Source: Octopus vulgaris (Eukaryota). Taken from it: DNA of 64,000 nucleotides. Positions 63,505 through 64,000 of the stretch are shown here, one piece after another. The DNA lies in contig OX597814.1 in assembly GCA_951406725.2 (NCBI GenBank), positions 92,690,001 to 92,754,000 of the forward strand, written 5' to 3'. Position 1 is the first letter of the stretch. Each line of letters begins with the position of its first letter. The notes below the pieces were generated by a model, which saw only the letters and a list, made by a program, of their open reading frames with translations, was not told where the DNA came from and ran no database searches. Made by a program: the position numbers and the translations under genes.

Positions 63505-63842
63505 ATATTGGGTTGTCAATAAAAAATAGCAACTAATTAATCAATTATGTATTCACCTTTGTTGTTTACAACTTCTTCCCAAAGTTCAACAAGATTTTCA
63601 ATACCTTGTTGGTAGAAATCACCCAATTTTGACTCGAAAAATTATCCAACCAAGCTCTCAATTCTGCATCAGTATTGAATGAAACTCCACGCATAGCATT
63701 TGAAAGAGATCAAAAGAGGTGGAAATCCGTTGGTGCCAAATCAAGAGAGTACGGCAGGTGTGGCAGCACTTCCCAGCCATGCATTTGAATGGCTTTCTTG
63801 GTCATATTGGCAATGTGAGGGCAGGCGTTGCCATGCAGCAGC
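63505..63842 (-). mobile_element. Mariner transposase C-terminal remnant with terminus
   Basis: LLHGNACPH...WEVLPHLPYSLDLAPTDFHLF; TA|TTGGGTTGTCAATAAAA end near 63506. Confidence 0.85.
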
Positions 63843-64000
63843 ATGGCCAGCATGGCCACAGTCAAATGATTGAAACAAGTAAAAGAGTACAAAAGCCTTC
63901 ATTTTCAACAGGCATTTATTCCCTACCCTTAATGAAGATTTTTAAATTTTTAAGAACTTCAAAACCAGAAAATTTCTTCCTCCTAACTGCTATTTGCAGT

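Overview
AT-rich, repeat-dense animal genomic DNA; the SINE families and microsatellite load suggest an octopus/coleoid cephalopod (my recognition, not a database result). No host protein-coding gene is confidently identifiable (one weak candidate exon). Main content: (1) two full-length, very young L1/Tx1-clade non-LTR retrotransposons head-to-tail (47587-52851, 52862-58126), each bounded by the same 10-mer TCTACTGAGT, lacking poly(A), with an unannotated -1-frame ORF1 extension shared by both copies, followed by a diverged relative's 5' end; (2) a 5.7-kb palindrome (two 2,490-bp arms, 39582-45273) with outward-facing hammerhead ribozyme motifs, matching Penelope-like element architecture but non-coding; (3) a nested transposon stack in a hAT element (13362-18634), including a structured 257-bp segment present in both orientations; (4) a SINE that forms internal-junction multimers and shares its 3' terminus with the Tx1-like LINE; (5) decayed RTE, R4-like, Gypsy, pogo and mariner fragments. 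Coordinates were read by eye; boundaries of decayed repeats are approximate.
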